A stretch of DNA of 64,000 bases from Nemertoderma westbladi (taxonomy: Eukaryota > Animalia > Xenacoelomorpha), in NCBI GenBank assembly GCA_032718475.1, contig JAUCBJ010000974.1:1-64000 (forward strand), read 5' to 3'. The position numbers and the translations under genes are program-made. Below, one piece after another: positions 51,226 to 63,609 of the stretch. The notes below the pieces were generated by a model. The model saw only the letters and a list, made by a program, of their open reading frames with translations. It had not been told where the DNA came from and made no database searches. Each line of letters begins with the position of its first letter. Position 1 is the first letter of the stretch.

Positions 51226-53869
51226 TCATACTACTAGAGGGAATACAACAGAGTTTATTGTTAGTTGTGAGGAGATGTGAGAGTTTTCGTCTGCCCTTTT
51301 GGCTCGACAACGCTCTAACCTCCTACCCATAGCCTAAGATCTAGGGTTTCTTTAATGACACGCTGCTTCTTATCTAAAATTTTTGCCGAAATAAAAACGA
51401 ATTTGGGCTAAACTGGCTGTGAGTCTAAAATACTCACCTTTTGATCCCAAACTATTATCAGAAAATAAGCAATCAAGAATTAGTAATAAATATAGGGAAG
51501 TCTATTATTCGACGTAACTTATTGAAACAAGACCGTGTAAAATTTAATTAAAATTTAGAAAGGCTCGCGAGTCTTCCTTTTTCTTGTTTCTCTAATTTTA
51601 AGTTCCACCCGACTGTACCCTGAAATCTATTCACTGGAGAAAATTTTAAAATTTTTCAAATCCAAATGGATTGTCTAAAATTTCGAAAATGTCTCAATAT
51701 TGTGAGTTCCAAGTAGAATTCCATTTCTTATACCTACAAATCCCGCTCCTATGTGACACATAAGGGTACTACCCTCAATGTTCACATATAAAGACAATGG
51801 AATTCTACCGCTGTCTTTACTACGGTGTACAGGTACGTGGAAATCTATTTGTAAACTCCTTACTATTTACTAACATTTGTTGGAGACTTGTAATCTCCAG
51901 ACTTGTTTCGCGTCTCTTCAAGAAGTACGAGACGTTGAGTCGGTCTGTCTACTGTACGACCGTCAATTGTCCGTACAGTCACGGTTCTTGTCACTCCATC
52001 CATAGATGGATGTGTGTCTAAAATTACACCTGTTATCCAGAAGCGTCTTTTTAGATTCACTTCTGCCAACAGCACGTGATCTCCCGCTCTTAAAGTGCGA
52101 GTTTTGTTGTACCAGGTTGTTCTGGCAGAAATAGAGGGCAAATAATGATTTTGCCATATTTCCCAGAATTTGTTAGCTAATAGTTGCATGATTTTCCACG
52201 CTTTTCTACGGTAGCTATCGCATTCTATTGGAATAGAAATAGGCATTAATGTAGTCGGTGCCTGCATAAGCAGGTGTGCTGGTGTTAAAGCAAACTGGGA
52301 TTGTTTGTTATCGGGTACTAATACTATTGGTCTAGTATTTATTATTGCCTCGATTTCAACAAACAATGTTGTCAGTTGGTCGTCTGTCAAGATGTGGTTT
52401 ACTGGAATTACTTTTGCCATGGCTGTTTTTATAGATCTAATCAATCTCTCCCAGACTCCGCCTCTCCATGGACTATCTGGAGGATTAAACTTCCAAACAA
52501 TCTTGTAAGGACGTAGTTCGTTTGAGATTTGATCATGATCTAATTTCTTAAAGGCTCTAGCAATTTCATTTCGAGCACCAACAAAGTTTGTACCTTGGTC
52601 TGAGTACAAGCATTTTACTAGTCCGCGTCTAGCGATAAATCGCCGCAATGCTAGTATAAAAGCGTTGGTGGAAAGATCCATCACACGTTCAATATGAACT
52701 GCCCTACTGGACATGCATGTGAAAATCAGTCCCCAGCGTTTTACTATTATACGTACACGTTTCGTATGTATGGGACCAAAGCAGTCAATTCCAGTCTCTG
52801 TGAAGGGTGGTCTGAATGCCTGTAGTCGTGCTTGTGGAAGTTCACTCATTTCTTGGGTACTTATTCTAGAATGTACCTTCTTACAAATAATACACATACG
52901 CGTCACTGAACTTAACGCTTTACTGGGTCTAATTAATACAAATCTTGTACGTAAGTATGAAAGACAGTGGTGTCTTCCAGCGTGTTTCAGATGTAAATGT
53001 GCATCCAGTATCATTGCACGTTGTAATTCGTGATGTTGCGGTATTATTATTGGGTACCTAAAATCAGTATTAAAGTCAATGTTTTGAAGCCGAGATTTAT
53101 GACAAATTAAGCCATTATAAATTATCGGACTCCAACTCAATATTGGTGACGACTTGATTGGTTGACCTTGACTTATAGATGTGAATTCGCGTGCGAAATA
53201 TCGCAATTGGTAATGGCGAATTAATTTAATTTCACATCTGTCAATCTCAGTCAATGTGAGTCGACGTGTAAAGTCGCGTTTGCCTTTAACGTATTGTACA
53301 AAACGTACAATCCACGCTAATTTTCGGCACGCGTTGGTCCAAGAATCTGTCAAATTTACAATACGGTCGACGTAAGTATTTGTGACGTCATCAGGTAAGT
53401 CAATGGGGAATTTGGAAGGTTTTGTTTTACTAGATGGGCCCACGAGTCCGCCGGTAGGTATTCCCTTGTTGACTGTTGATCCGTCCGGGTCTACAAGTAA
53501 TTTGTCCTTCTTCGTCTTCTTACCTTGATTGTCAGTACTTTGTGTGTCGATCCCTAATGGTGGTTTTAACTCTATGGGATCACTGGGTTTCGGTAAATTT
53601 ATTTTTGTGCCGATATTAATCCCAGGTTTCACCGTAGGTTGTAAGGTTGGTATGTCTCTTGAGCGTAAAGTAACACCTGTATTTACATTAGCGTAGGTAC
53701 TACCCACATCTGTAATACATGAGGTTTCACTGTACTTATGGTTACTCAAGGGTGTCAAGTTTGGTAGTTTGTCAATAGAAGGCCGCTCCAATAGGGAAAC
53801 TGCGGCTTTACTATGTGTTGCTATGTTACTAATGTCTGGTAGAACATCTTGTGAAATGTCTGATAAAAT

Positions 53870-54035
53870 GTTTCGCGGAACATCCGGCGAAACGTCTAGT
53901 GACATGTCTGGCAAAATGTCTGGTTGACCGTCTGGTAACATGTCTGGTTGACCGTCTGGCGATACGTCTGGTTGACCGTCTGGCGATACGTCTGGTAACA
54001 TGTCTGGTTGACCGTCTGGCGATACGTCTGGTTGA
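53870..54035 (-). repeat. 12/24-bp coding repeats (QPDVSPDG) in a long RNase H-integrase linker
   Basis: cgtctggttgaccgtctggcgata repeats. Confidence 0.85.
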
Positions 54036-57000
54036 GAAAGGCTCGCAAGTCTTCCTGCCCTAACTTTGTGAGTTATATTCTTCCATTTCGCCTTTGGTTT
54101 CTTCTTAAGTTTCGCCGTTGTCTTTTTCTTTGCTTTACCTTTCTTTGGTTTTTTAATTTCGGCGTCCTTAGGAATAGTATTAGACTTGTTATCGTATAGT
54201 GGCGGCCAATGTTGTGTTGCTCTTTGTAAGAATTGTGGTCCGTGTTGCCAAAATTTCTTGTTTTCCGGTTTACAGAATTCCTCAGGCATCATTCCTCGCG
54301 ACGCAATATCAGCTGGATTTTGTGGTCCGGGACAATGTCGCCAATCTTCCTTTATTGAACGGTCTAGAATTTCTGCACGATGGTTAGCTACGAATGTCTT
54401 GAATTCAAGTGTGTCGTTGTTTATATAAAATAAAACTAACGTCGCGTCAGTCCAATAAAATATCTGTAAACTTGACTGTAATTCAGTCTGTATGAGGTTT
54501 ACAATTGTCGTTGACAGAGTTGCGGCTTGTAGCTCAGCGCGTGGTGTCGTCATATACTTAGTAGGCATTGTTTTAGCCTTAGAAGTAATGAGCGATACAT
54601 CAAACTCATCTGAGTCTACTTGTCTGCGCAAATACGCTGTCACTCCAAAGCCGTTGTCACTGGCGTCGGAAAAACAATGTAATTCTAAGTTGTCAGGAAA
54701 TGTCGTCTGTAATGGAAAGTACACCCGGGGTATGGAATAATCCTCTAGCGAAGATAATTGCGCCTCCCAAGTCTTCCATAAGTCCACTTGTTCGTTTGAG
54801 ATCGGTCCGTCCCATGTCAGTCCATCTTTCCAAATACTGCGCATATATATTCTTGCTTGCAGTATTATTGGGCTGATGAAACCTAATGGATCGAACAGTC
54901 TGCTTAGTTTCGACAAGCAAGACCTCTTTGTCAGAGAATCCCCTTCAGCGTCCAGTTTTACTTTCACTCAAAAGTTGTCTGTGTTCGGGTCCCAAAATAG
55001 TCCCAACACCTTGGTCGTCGGCAGTGGTTCGAACTCTAAGTCAATGTCCCCACCCCCACGTTCAGTCGTTTCGAATGAATTTACTAATTCGGCGCTGTTT
55101 GAGGCAAACTTAGTGAGGTTAAAACCTCCGCCTGCTAAACAGTCCCGTAATTGATGTGCTACTGTTATAGCACGTTCTACTGTGTCACAACTTTGTAATC
55201 CATCGTCTACATAAAAGTCTCGTTCTACGATCTCGATTACCTCTGGGTCATACATATGTTTCTGATCCCTAGCGGTCTGTTTTAGGGCGTACATAGTGCA
55301 GTTTGGGCTGTCTCTGGCACCGAAAACGCGAACTTGCATTTGGTAAGTCGCCGGTGGTTGACTTAAGTCTCCATCCGGGTACCAGAGGAACCTCAAACTG
55401 TCTCTGTCTCGCTCTAACGCTCGCACTTGGTGAAACATCGCTTCGACGTCACAAGTAAATGCTACTTGGCGCTGACGGAAGCGCATAATCACCCCCATGA
55501 GATAATTATTCATGTTTGGTCCGTCCATCAACTCACTGTTGAGAGACATTCCTTCAAACAGGGCCGCGCAGTCGTTAACTACGCGTACTTTATCAGGTTT
55601 GTCGGGGTGTCTCACGTAGTGATGTGGCAAATAGTATGTCTGGTCTGTCACAATCTCTGGGTTAGTCATTTTGATAGCGTATCCTTTTGTTAAATACGTC
55701 TCCATCTGGGTATTATACTGCAGATGGGCTTTCTCGTCCTTTAATAAACGTTGTCGTATTGAGTGTAAACGTCTTAAGGCTAGCGGATAGTTATTGATAA
55801 GTTTAGGGCTTTGGCTACGCCATAGCATCCCTACCTCATAATGTCCGTCTTTCGTCTGGCGGATAGTATCTTCCATGATCTTCAAAGATTGTTTCTCTTG
55901 TTCCGACATACACGGTTCATAACTACCTGGTTCGGCTGTATCTTGTTCCAACCACCTGATAGTTTTCTCTGTTAATTCCTTGTCTAGTGCGGCTTGTTCT
56001 ACTTGACAGTTCCTTAATGCGTCGTCATCGATATCGACGGGCATCGTTAATGTTATTGGTGTAGATAGACTCGCAAGCCTTCCGGCGTTATCATCTGTCG
56101 TCGATGGAACCTCTGCCTGACTCCGCTTCTTCTCAATCTCTATACTAACCTTGTGGATTGGCTGCTCTTTGTGACTTATCGTATTTGCTACACACGTCGT
56201 ACCTGTAACATTGTCGTGTTTTGTCGAACGTAGTGTAGTATAGTCTATGTCAGGTGAAAAGGAATGAATCGAAGTTGTAGTTAGTAAACTACATGTACTT
56301 TGTACATCGTCTTCCTCATCACTTATATCCAGTGTGCGCACAGGCGCTCGAGTATACCACCCTATCGGAGTTCTACAGGCGTAAGCGTTTCCCGCTACGA
56401 CTACCGATGGTCTGGTTTCCCACACTTGATGTAAGTTGAATTGGTCCGTCCCGATCAGCATTGCTACCGACCGATAATTAACAGGACATTCGGGTACACC
56501 AAGGTGTCTGAAATACTTACGGTCCTCTAAGGATTGCTCCGGCACTGGACCCAGTAGATTACTAAAGTCCTTTGTGGCCGCAAAAGTTAAATCCTTAAAG
56601 GGTAACAAAGACCTCTCCTTTTCGCTATGTTGCGATTTCGGAAGAAGAGTGTCCAAGTTTAACTTAACTCGTGTCACTGGTATTGCACGTTGTCCATGCA
56701 TACTACTTACAGTGTACTTCACGTGCTTACCTTGTCTAAGGTCCGTCACGACATCAGCTACTTTCTCATGCACGTAGCTGTGAGATGAGGCTGAATCTAG
56801 GATAGCGTAGATCCTTTTGCTCCCTTTTGTGCCAGTAATCTTAATAGGAATTACGCTGAAACCTTTTAGTTGATCAGGCGTCAGAAGAGCGATCGATGGT
56901 TGTTCGTCTCCCTCCGAGTATATGTCGTCGTCTTCAGATTCTTCACCAGAAGACCCGGATTGTTCTGGGAAGCAATCCCAAATATGTGTCACAAACGTTG

Positions 57001-58547
57001 GTGTTGTTCTTGATTCTCGTGTTGTGTAGACAGTGTTACATTTCGCTACGGCTTCCGGGTGTTCCCTAGTGAAGCGTTTTGTCGGCGTATGGCTGTCTGT
57101 GTGGAGCAGACCATCATGGTTGCGTCCACAGTAAGGACAGGTGTCCGTATTTGGGCAATCCTTGCGGACATGTCCATGTTGTGTACACCTCCAACAAGAA
57201 TCTAACGGTCTTATTTGAAGCCGTCGTTCCTCTGAGTTTAATTCACGAAACAGATGACATCTCCTCAGCTGGTGATTGGTATACCGCTTATTAAGCCGCT
57301 CGCAGTATTGGCAACCGCTAAAGTCGGCATTCAGTTGTTGCCTGGTCTGTTTGATGCCAATAGGTGCGGACAGTTTACTACCGTTAGGAAATTGTCTTGT
57401 TTCTGTTGGTGTGGCGTAAGTGGCCGTCCTTGTGGATGTCGTCGGTTGTTTTTGTCGGTTTGATGAAGGTAAGGTGATTCCTTCTGCTACGATGTGTTGG
57501 TCAGTGTAGTTAGATCGAGTCTCTACTACTGCTTCCCTGGATATTAATAGGTACACATCCTCCAGTTTCAAGAATCCACCTCTTTCCTCCCGCTGGTATT
57601 CGATTTTTCGCCACTCCCGACGAAGTCGATGATGTAGTCTTCCTATAATTTTTAATAGGACTGTGGGAGTGTTCCCATAATCGAGTTGTCCAATAGATGT
57701 TAATGTAGTGATAGCGTTTTTAATTTCGTCAGCTAATTTAAGTAAGTCGACGGGTTTTGTAATAGCCCCCCCCTTACAGAGTTCCTCTATCACTGACTTG
57801 GCCATACTAACCGTACCTCCGTAGATTGAAGTTAAGCGATCGTATGCTAACTCGAAGGCATCTGGTACACCGACAAAGGTCTCTGCCAAACGTTTGGGTT
57901 CTCCCGATAATGTTTGAAGCAGGTAATTAAACTTCTCCCTTGATGTAAAGGCGCACACAGCGATCTGAGATTCAATGTAGTCTACGAAAGTGTGCCAATG
58001 TTTGGAGCTACCGGAAAACTTAGGTGGTTGTTGCACCGGTAGTCCTTGTCTAGCTGCGAATTTAGCTATTTCCTCGGCAACGTTCAAAGTTCCGCGTCCT
58101 GGGTTGGCAATCTGGCTGATGTTCTCTCTTCTAGGCTCTTTTCTTTGATACGATGTGTTTCTCGACGGTATTGGTCTTTGCGGAACTTTAGGATTTCTAT
58201 TGTGTTCGAATTCGGAATTTCTCGAACTGTCGGTGTGAACTTCCTCCAAGCGTTAGTCGATCTGGGCCAACTTGTTGACAACTGGTCTCAGAATGTCGGC
58301 AAATTGTTGGGTACTGATCGCGTCCGTTGGTTGTAACGCCCTTTGTATTGGTGTATTTTGTGGAGGATTATCGATAAATGAATTATCTGAACGCTCACAT
58401 TTACATTCGTCGGCCGCTCCTGTTCTAAATACCTCGCGTTCCGGGTAATCCGACTCGCTTGAAGTACTACTGTCACCTGGATACAGTGGTCGACGTGCTC
58501 GTGTCCGTTGCGTCGTTCGAATTTTAACATTCCGTTTCGGAACATCG

Positions 58548-59035
58548 TCCACTGTTCTCCGTTGTTCGGTAGGCTCACAAGTCTTCCTCGAAGTCGTAGA
58601 TTGCGATGTAAACTGATTAAACGGTCGCGTGTCCACTGTTCTCCGTTGTTCGGTAGGCTCACAAGTCTTCCTCGAAGTCTTAGATTGCGATGTAAACTGA
58701 TTAAACGGTCGCGTGTCCACTGTTCTCCGTTGTTCGGTAGGCTCACAAGTCTTCCTCGAAGTCGTAGATTGCGATGTAAACTGATTAAACGGTCGCGTGT
58801 CCACTGTTCTCCGTTGTTCGGTAGGCTCACAAGTCTTCCTCGAAGTCGTAGATTGCGATGTAAACTGATTAAACGGTCGCGTGTCCACTGTTCTCCGTTG
58901 TTCGGTAGGCTCACAAGTCTTCCTCGAAGTCATAGATTGCGATGTAAACTGATTAAACGGTCGCGTGTCCACTGTTCTCCGTTGTTCGGTAGGCTCACAA
59001 GTCTTCCTCGAAGTCGTAGATTGCGATGTAAACTG
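58548..59035 (-). repeat. 84-bp coding tandem repeat (28 aa, ~5.8 copies) in gag
   Basis: Near-identical units FTSQSTTSRKTCEPTEQRRTVDTRPFNQ with period 84 (58570...58990). Confidence 0.97.
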
Positions 59036-61712
59036 AACCGGTGGTCGAGTGACAGCGTTTGAATCTAAAGGCCTTGTAGGCCTAAACGTCTTTGGGTACG
59101 TGTAGTGCGTAACGGGTTTTGGTGTCGAAGGTGGACTCACCTGTTTTGTCGTTAGTAGTGCAGGTCCGGTCAATAAACTACTACGATCGGTAATCGGTGG
59201 GTTACTTACCTGGACTTTCAGAATAGGCGACGACGTTGCTCTTGGCGGTATGAACTTGTCCGGAATAACAAACCTGTGTTCCGTCGCACCATGGATAGGA
59301 GAAATATTACTACTACCCGCAATCGAAACAGGTTCCTTAGTCGTAACTGGTGCAAACATAGGAGTTACTTGAGGGAATCTTTGACATAAGTCTTTAACTA
59401 ATTGTCTTTCTCGCCCAGGTGCCCCTACACTTCCTTCCTTCATTCGTTCCTGAATTTGGCGGTGCCTTACCTCTATCTGGTCCAAATCATGTCCGTCACG
59501 AGATCTCATCAATCGATCGCGGGCTAGAAGATCCAGATTTTCCTTGGTTTTGGCTAGTTCTCTCGCCTTCCTTTCGAGTTCGAAATGAAGTTTAACTTCT
59601 TTCTCGCGTTGTTCCGTCTGTTGTTGTTGCGCCTCGAACTCCGCTTGTCGTATAGCTGATTGAGCCTTTATTTGTCGTTTTTTCAACTCGGCTCAGGCTT
59701 CCGAAACTCGCCTTTGTTCGTCCAACTCTGCTGCTCGTCGCTCTAAATCAGCTGCTGCTGCTCGTCGCTCTAAATCAGCTGCTGCTGCTCGTCGCTCCAA
59801 CTCAGCTGCTGTCGCTCGTCGCTCCAACTCAGCTGCTGTCGCTTGTCGTTCCAACTCAGCTGCTGCTGCTTGTTGCGCTAACTCAGCTGCCGCTGTTCGC
59901 TGTACTATTTCTAACTCCAACCTTTCCATCTCAGCCACTTCCAACTCGGCTTGTTCTTGCAGATGAGAGATTCTCGCAACATTTGCAACGCGTAGTTTTT
60001 CTTCCTCTACCGCCGCTTGTACCGTTAACAGTTGAGTTTGTTCCTCAATTTCTCGTTGTTGTCTATAGTGCTGTTGTTGCTGTCTAGAAATTTCTGACGT
60101 CACTATACTTACCTCGCCAATTTCGCTGCGAATACTCACTAACGATTGGTCCAGTATTCCCGGTGCCGATTCGATTTGTACGGGTGAAGTTCCCCTCGTA
60201 TATTCCGGCACGGTTTCCAAATCGCCGACGTCTTCGCCGCACATACGTAAGTGATCCGTCAGATGTTTCAATTGTCCATCCAGTCGGTACAGTTCCTGTT
60301 CTTCCTCGGGCTGTAATAACTCGTCGGAAACCGACTCACCTAGCAACTGGTCCGCTTGTTCCTGTTGTATCTGTCTAACGGTCGTCTTAAACTGAATCAG
60401 TTTCTCTCTAGCGATCATTAATTTCTCGAGGATTCTAAACTGTGTGTCCATATCCTGTCTCTGTCTAGCTAGATCTTGTAGACCAATTAGATTATCTACA
60501 GACTTATGTACTTTACTCTGTACTCTAACCTGTAGGGTGTAGAACTCGAACCGAGACATCGGAGCGGTCAACTCGTCTAATATGCGTTGGCCTTCTCCAA
60601 TACTCCTGGTAATATGCGCCATGTATCCTCCGACGCTTCTAACCACACTTTCCTGGCTTCCTACTGAACTTACCATGTCCGTTTCTCTATGTCTAGGTTG
60701 CGGGACCGTTAGAAAATCCTCGGTCCTGCCGTCGCCTCGTACTACGGCATCCGGTACTCCCGTTGGATGTACTGGTGACGCGCACGGTGTAGGTTCGGTA
60801 GGCTCACGAGTCTTCCCCTGTGGTTCTTCCGCTTCTGACTTATCCGCGTTACATGAGTCATAGTCGGTTTGTGTATTCTTCGTATAGTCTTGTTTGTCAC
60901 TCATTTCGGTAGTTGTAAGTCAAGTAAAGTGAGTGTCAAAATATCAAACTTACCGTATTTTATTTCTAAACGGTATTAATTACAGTCATATAAAATTAGC
61001 CTACCGGCTGATTTTATAGCAGATGGATAAAATTAGCCTAGCGGCCAATTTTACAGCAAATAAACGTCACGGAATAAGTATATAATAAAATTAGCCTAGC
61101 GGCCAGTTTTATAACAAATAAATCGGATAACGATATGCGTTATCAAAAGGTAAATTAAATACAATAATACGGACTAATTCAGCAATAAACAAAGAAATCG
61201 TACGGAATGCATAAATACTTGAGACAGTGGAACCCACAATAATTTTAACTAATACGGTAATGCCTAACTTATTTATGCAACTTTTCGAACTCACCCCCTC
61301 CAATCATTCTCCAGAAAAACAGATTCCCAGATACAAACCGGACGTGAACCTTTCCGTTTCCAGCGTTGCGGACGAAGTGCGATTTTCCCAACCAAAGTTG
61401 TTGAGTTATCTATCTCCCAAACTTGCTAAACACGGTCTTGCTCTCGTTACAGTCTAGAAATGAGCTCTGAATCCTGAAAAACAAAAGAGTTAGGTTTTAC
61501 TTTTACGAAAATTTTGTACCGGTACAATATGGTATTTAAACCCTTTTAAACACCGGTATTCAATTCCAAATATTTTACACGCGGTTCAGATCAAATTTTA
61601 TTTCAAAAAATTAGCACTTAGCTAATCAAATATAAACTTTTACCTCAAAATACAAAATTTTTCAAATAACTTTAGTCCTACCGAACCGTAGTTCAGTAAA
61701 ACATATTCCTAC

Positions 61713-63609
61713 TATTCGAAGAGACAGTAACAAAATACCCTGCAATATCTTACTGTAAAGTTTGTGAATCAAATCATAAATCCGACCTTCTCACCAAAAC
61801 AGTAAACTCTAAGTAAGCGAATATATATTGCAGTATCGGTCTCTTATAACCGGTGAGGCAGAAAACAGTCTACGAACGGACAAACTTCGATAAAACAAAA
61901 TCCCGCGCAGCGAATCCTAAAATCAGGCTGACTCACTGACGGACTAAGGGGCTCGTATACTTTGCCGCGGTGTGATTTATATGGTTGGGCGAGAAAGACG
62001 CTAGCTAGGTGCAGAAAGGTCTAACTAGCGGCAAAATAAAATAATAAAATTATTTTATATATTTTGAGGTGTAAATAATTTCTAACGCGCGTGTGTCTTG
62101 ATTCTAAACAGTCAAAAGTCAGTTTTGCTCCTTCATATATATAATTACTGGGTCCGGTGTGCATTTTACAAATATTCTAATTTTGTAACTTGTAGGTCCA
62201 ATACTCACGAATGATAAGGCTCCTTCCCCCTTTGTGTATTTCCAGGACTCAAATTCAGGCATAAGGTTAATACTACACCCAGAATTCGTCAATTTTAATT
62301 TACCAGGTCCCTAATACTAAGAAGAAATGTGTTAGTTTACTACAGTAGGCGTACAGTTACTAATAGCTAGCCTGGTGTTCTTATCTAGAATTTTGGCTGC
62401 CTAGATGTGCACGGCAACTTCCTAACAGAATGTTGGCGGGGACACGGTAGATGTTAGTATCCCTAAATAGCCTCAATTTATTTGCGCCTAGTTGTAAACT
62501 GCCCTACCGCCTGAACGGTACAATCCCAATTCAGGTAAAACACAGTAACTCTTCTGGCCTACAAGTTCTAATGCAATGGACACCGTTGTACTACAAACAG
62601 TCACAGACGCACCTGTACTTAGCAAGAGTTAGGCGTACAGTTTGCTGCACCCTACCAATGTGTATGCCTTGTACCGGTGTGCCTGCGTCCTATCTGTGTA
62701 CTAGTATCTCTGCCTGCTCTCCCCCCGTAGGAATATGAAGGTCTACTGTGGGTTTTTTCTCTGAATTAAGACAGTATGGTCCCTAGATGTAATTTTTAGC
62801 ACACAGCGTGTCACTACCTCTACCTTCGATCTTTGGTCTTATACTTAGGTAGCAAGGCATTGAACGCTGTCTAACCTTTCAGGCGATGGGCGAATAACTC
62901 AAGAGTGATATTGTGGGTTGTCTCCTTCTACATTCCTCAGATGTTCTCGTTCATCGCTGTGGCCCGATGTCTAGCCTGCCATCCTGTCCCTCAGTTAGGT
63001 TCACCGTGGTAAAACATGATAAAAAAAAAGGGCAGATGTAACAAGTATTTCTAACTTTATTACAGAATATATACGTAAATGTAACAAGAAACTAATAGAT
63101 AACTAATAAAGATTAGGATAAGCAAGAATGATTGATACACTAAGAGTGAGAGATTATTAACTAATGAACGAAATCGCACCTTTTATAGCAAATTTGTGCT
63201 GCAATCAATCGAGAAAATGCTCGATTGTTCTATGAGTTCTAATAGGTTTTTAAAGATAACTATTGGTCCAGCGAATATATAACTTGCACGACATTGGTTA
63301 CTATCTAATAACTGCAATCCCATTGGTTAATCTACTTCGAGCAAATGCAATTTAATTTGTAGTGGTTAATTTAAATGAGTTGAAACTCTGCACAAAAAAT
63401 AATTCGCACCTACTAGGATTCGAACTCAATACCTACTACATATAATTTCCAACTCTTTACCGACTGAGCTACTGAACCACTTGAATAATCATCGTACAAA
63501 TAGATATAGTAAATACAAATGAGGACTTAATGTAATCTTTATAGCAAAGTTAATTCGAACAAAATAAAATTTTGAAAATCCACGGCATTTATGAGAATAT
63601 AATTCTATA
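61713..63609 (-). repeat. Element D 5' LTR (1,897 bp)
   Basis: Matches 44931-46832. Confidence 0.95.
63406..63478 (-). ncRNA. tRNA-like Pol III cassette in the LTR (5' LTR copy)
   Basis: Same as 46629-46701 with one substitution. Confidence 0.6.

Larger units (their letters stand above)
51863..60904 (-). pseudogene. Element D gag-pol (~3,010 codons) in a single frame with three in-frame stops (59693, 58253, 54968)
   Basis: Coiled-coil N-terminus, PKFSG gag, knuckles, protease AILDSAS, RT FYVDD, RNase H LHCFSDAS, integrase TGIDCFGP/SDQGTNF/VWERLIR. Confidence 0.95.
44931..63609 (-). mobile_element. Element D: giant (~18.7 kb) BEL/Pao LTR retrotransposon with an accessory ORF
   Basis: LTRs 44931-46832 and 61713-63609 (~9 substitutions plus one ~25-bp replaced block seen); TGGAT on both flanks (44926-30, 63610-14); gag-pol plus ORF3. 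Confidence 0.97.

Noticed and set aside
51863-60904. Genetic-code reassignment or programmed readthrough of TGA/TAA
   Set aside because: The stops fall at different positions in different elements, including inside RT/RNase H, and TGA and TAA also end genuine ORFs here; point mutation is the simpler explanation.
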